This document shows positions 39,294 to 40,081 of a DNA stretch of 40,081 nt, in pieces. The notes beneath the pieces are model-generated. The model saw nothing but the letters and a program-made list of their open reading frames with translations, did not search any database and was not told the DNA's origin. The stretch is taken from the NCBI GenBank assembly GCA_018694455.1, contig JABHNP010000200.1, positions 1-40,081 on the forward strand. Reading direction: 5' to 3'. The stretch comes from Planctomycetaceae bacterium (GTDB lineage Bacteria > Planctomycetota > Planctomycetia > Pirellulales > UBA1268). Numbering within the stretch: the first letter of the stretch is position 1; every line of letters begins with the position of its first letter. Both the position numbers and the translations under genes were made by a program.

Positions 39294-40081
39294 ATGTCCC
39301 GCTGTCCAACGCTTGCTAAACAACCATCGCATCTGTTTTTTGGAAGTGTGTATGCCCTTCTCGCCGGGTCACTTATTCTGTTCCCAGGCTGTGATACTGG
39401 GAATAAGTCGCCAGTTGTTGTGAAAGAAGATGCCAAAGCACCAGCGCACACCGACGACCATGACAAATCAGACCATGACCATGACCACATGGATGAAGAT
39501 CATTCTGATGAAAAGTCAGCGCAGAAGGCTGACGATGGTCATTCCCACGAAATGCCGGCAACTGTTGAGGCAGCCATCGCGCAACTGAAAAAAGTTACCG
39601 GTCAAGTGCGTCAAGCGCTTAAAAGTGGTGAAACCGACAAAGCTGACAGTCTCGTTCATTCAATTGGTCATCTTATGGAAGACCTGAACGAAAAGATTGC
39701 AGCCGCCAAAATTGACGAAAAAGTTAAAGATGCAGCTACCGCAGCCTCGAATAAGATATTTGAGGCTTATGGTGAAATTGATGAGGCTCTTCATGCAGCG
39801 GAAGATGAGATCAAAAAAATCGATTTCGGTAGTTTTGGACCCACTATCAACAAAGCCACCAAAAATCTTGAGGCTCTCTTGTTAGAGGCCAAAGATGCGG
39901 TTGTCGGTGAGAAGCCAAAGAAGGACGACAAGAAGGCTGCTGCTGACAAGAAGGCTGCTGACAAGAAGGCTGCTGACAAGAAGGCTGCTGACAAGAAGGC
40001 TGCTGACAAGAAGGCCGCTGACAAGAAGGCCGCTGACAAGAAGGCCGCTGACAAGAAGGCTGCTGACAAGAAGGCCGCTGA
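39294..40081 (+). CDS. lipoprotein-like protein with His/Asp-rich segment and C-terminal DKKAA tandem repeats (3' end outside window)
   Basis: ATG 39294 lies 7 nt after GGAGAAG. Translation: MSRCPTLAKQPSHLFFGSVYALLAGSLILFPGCDTGNK (lipobox-like FPG|C), then HTDDHDKSDHDHDHMDEDHSDEKSAQKADDGHSHE, a helical Ala/Lys/Glu-rich middle, then (DKKAA)n. The frame is open to the window end, so the gene is missing from the ORF track. Confidence 0.75.
   Translation, partial: MSRCPTLAKQPSHLFFGSVYALLAGSLILFPGCDTGNKSPVVVKEDAKAPAHTDDHDKSDHDHDHMDEDHSDEKSAQKADDGHSHEMPATVEAAIAQLKKVTGQVRQALKSGETDKADSLVHSIGHLMEDLNEKIAAAKIDEKVKDAATAASNKIFEAYGEIDEALHAAEDEIKKIDFGSFGPTINKATKNLEALLLEAKDAVVGEKPKKDDKKAAADKKAADKKAADKKAADKKAADKKAADKKAADKKAADKKAADKKAA
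39927..40081 (+). repeat. 15-bp in-frame tandem repeat GACAAGAAGGC(T/C)GCT, at least 10 units, running off the window
   Basis: One 18-nt unit (39927-39944) is followed by nine exact 15-nt units starting at 39945, 39960, ... 40065. They differ only at one synonymous GCT/GCC position. The repeat is still continuing at base 40081. Confidence 0.95.

Noticed and set aside
39791-40069. 92-aa minus-strand ORF with (SAAFL)n repeats
   Set aside because: It is the reverse-complement shadow of the DKKAA repeat. The + strand frame has a Shine-Dalgarno, a signal peptide and about 210 codons of non-repetitive protein-like sequence upstream, so the + strand is the coding one.
39927-40081. Possible CRISPR-like array because of regularly spaced identical repeats
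   Set aside because: The units are contiguous 15-mers with no spacers. They are in frame and coding. This is a tandem coding repeat, not a CRISPR array.

Overview
The window reads as an ordinary chromosomal segment of a Planctomycetota-type genome. The taxon is inferred from a DUF1559 pseudopilin-like protein with an intact H-X9-DG motif, two S1 sulfatases, two groEL copies and frequent GTG/TTG starts. I support 27 protein-coding genes, two of them truncated by the window edges. I saw no rRNA, tRNA, CRISPR array, transposase or integrase. Layout: hom (partial) and an M42 peptidase. Then a heat-shock supercluster groEL-groES-groEL-dnaJ-grpE, followed by two small zinc-ribbon proteins (FmdB-type, YacG) and a polytopic membrane protein. 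A minus-strand trio follows (alkaline-phosphatase-superfamily enzyme, 935-aa Zn-metalloprotease, degenerate receiver protein), divergent from an APH-fold kinase. Next is a DsbD-like redox protein with a duplicated N-terminal domain. A glycan-utilisation locus spans 18.9-30.8 kb: GH43, GPH symporter, a 2,077-codon four-module enzyme, an alpha/beta-hydrolase and a second sulfatase. The window ends with an orphan secreted protein, the DUF1559 protein, a mutarotase-like protein, purM, a membrane-anchored orphan, glgX, and a partial His/Asp-rich lipoprotein ending in at least 10 tandem DKKAA repeats. The most unusual object is the single secreted ORF at 21899-28132, which fuses a GH-A-like module, a GH3, an iduronate-2-sulfatase-like sulfatase and a GH30. 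Several ORF-track starts look over-extended; my preferred starts are 2068, 4299, 8210, 13381, 20536, 21899, 31013 and 37009. All family calls rest on motifs read by eye. No database search or alignment statistics were run.
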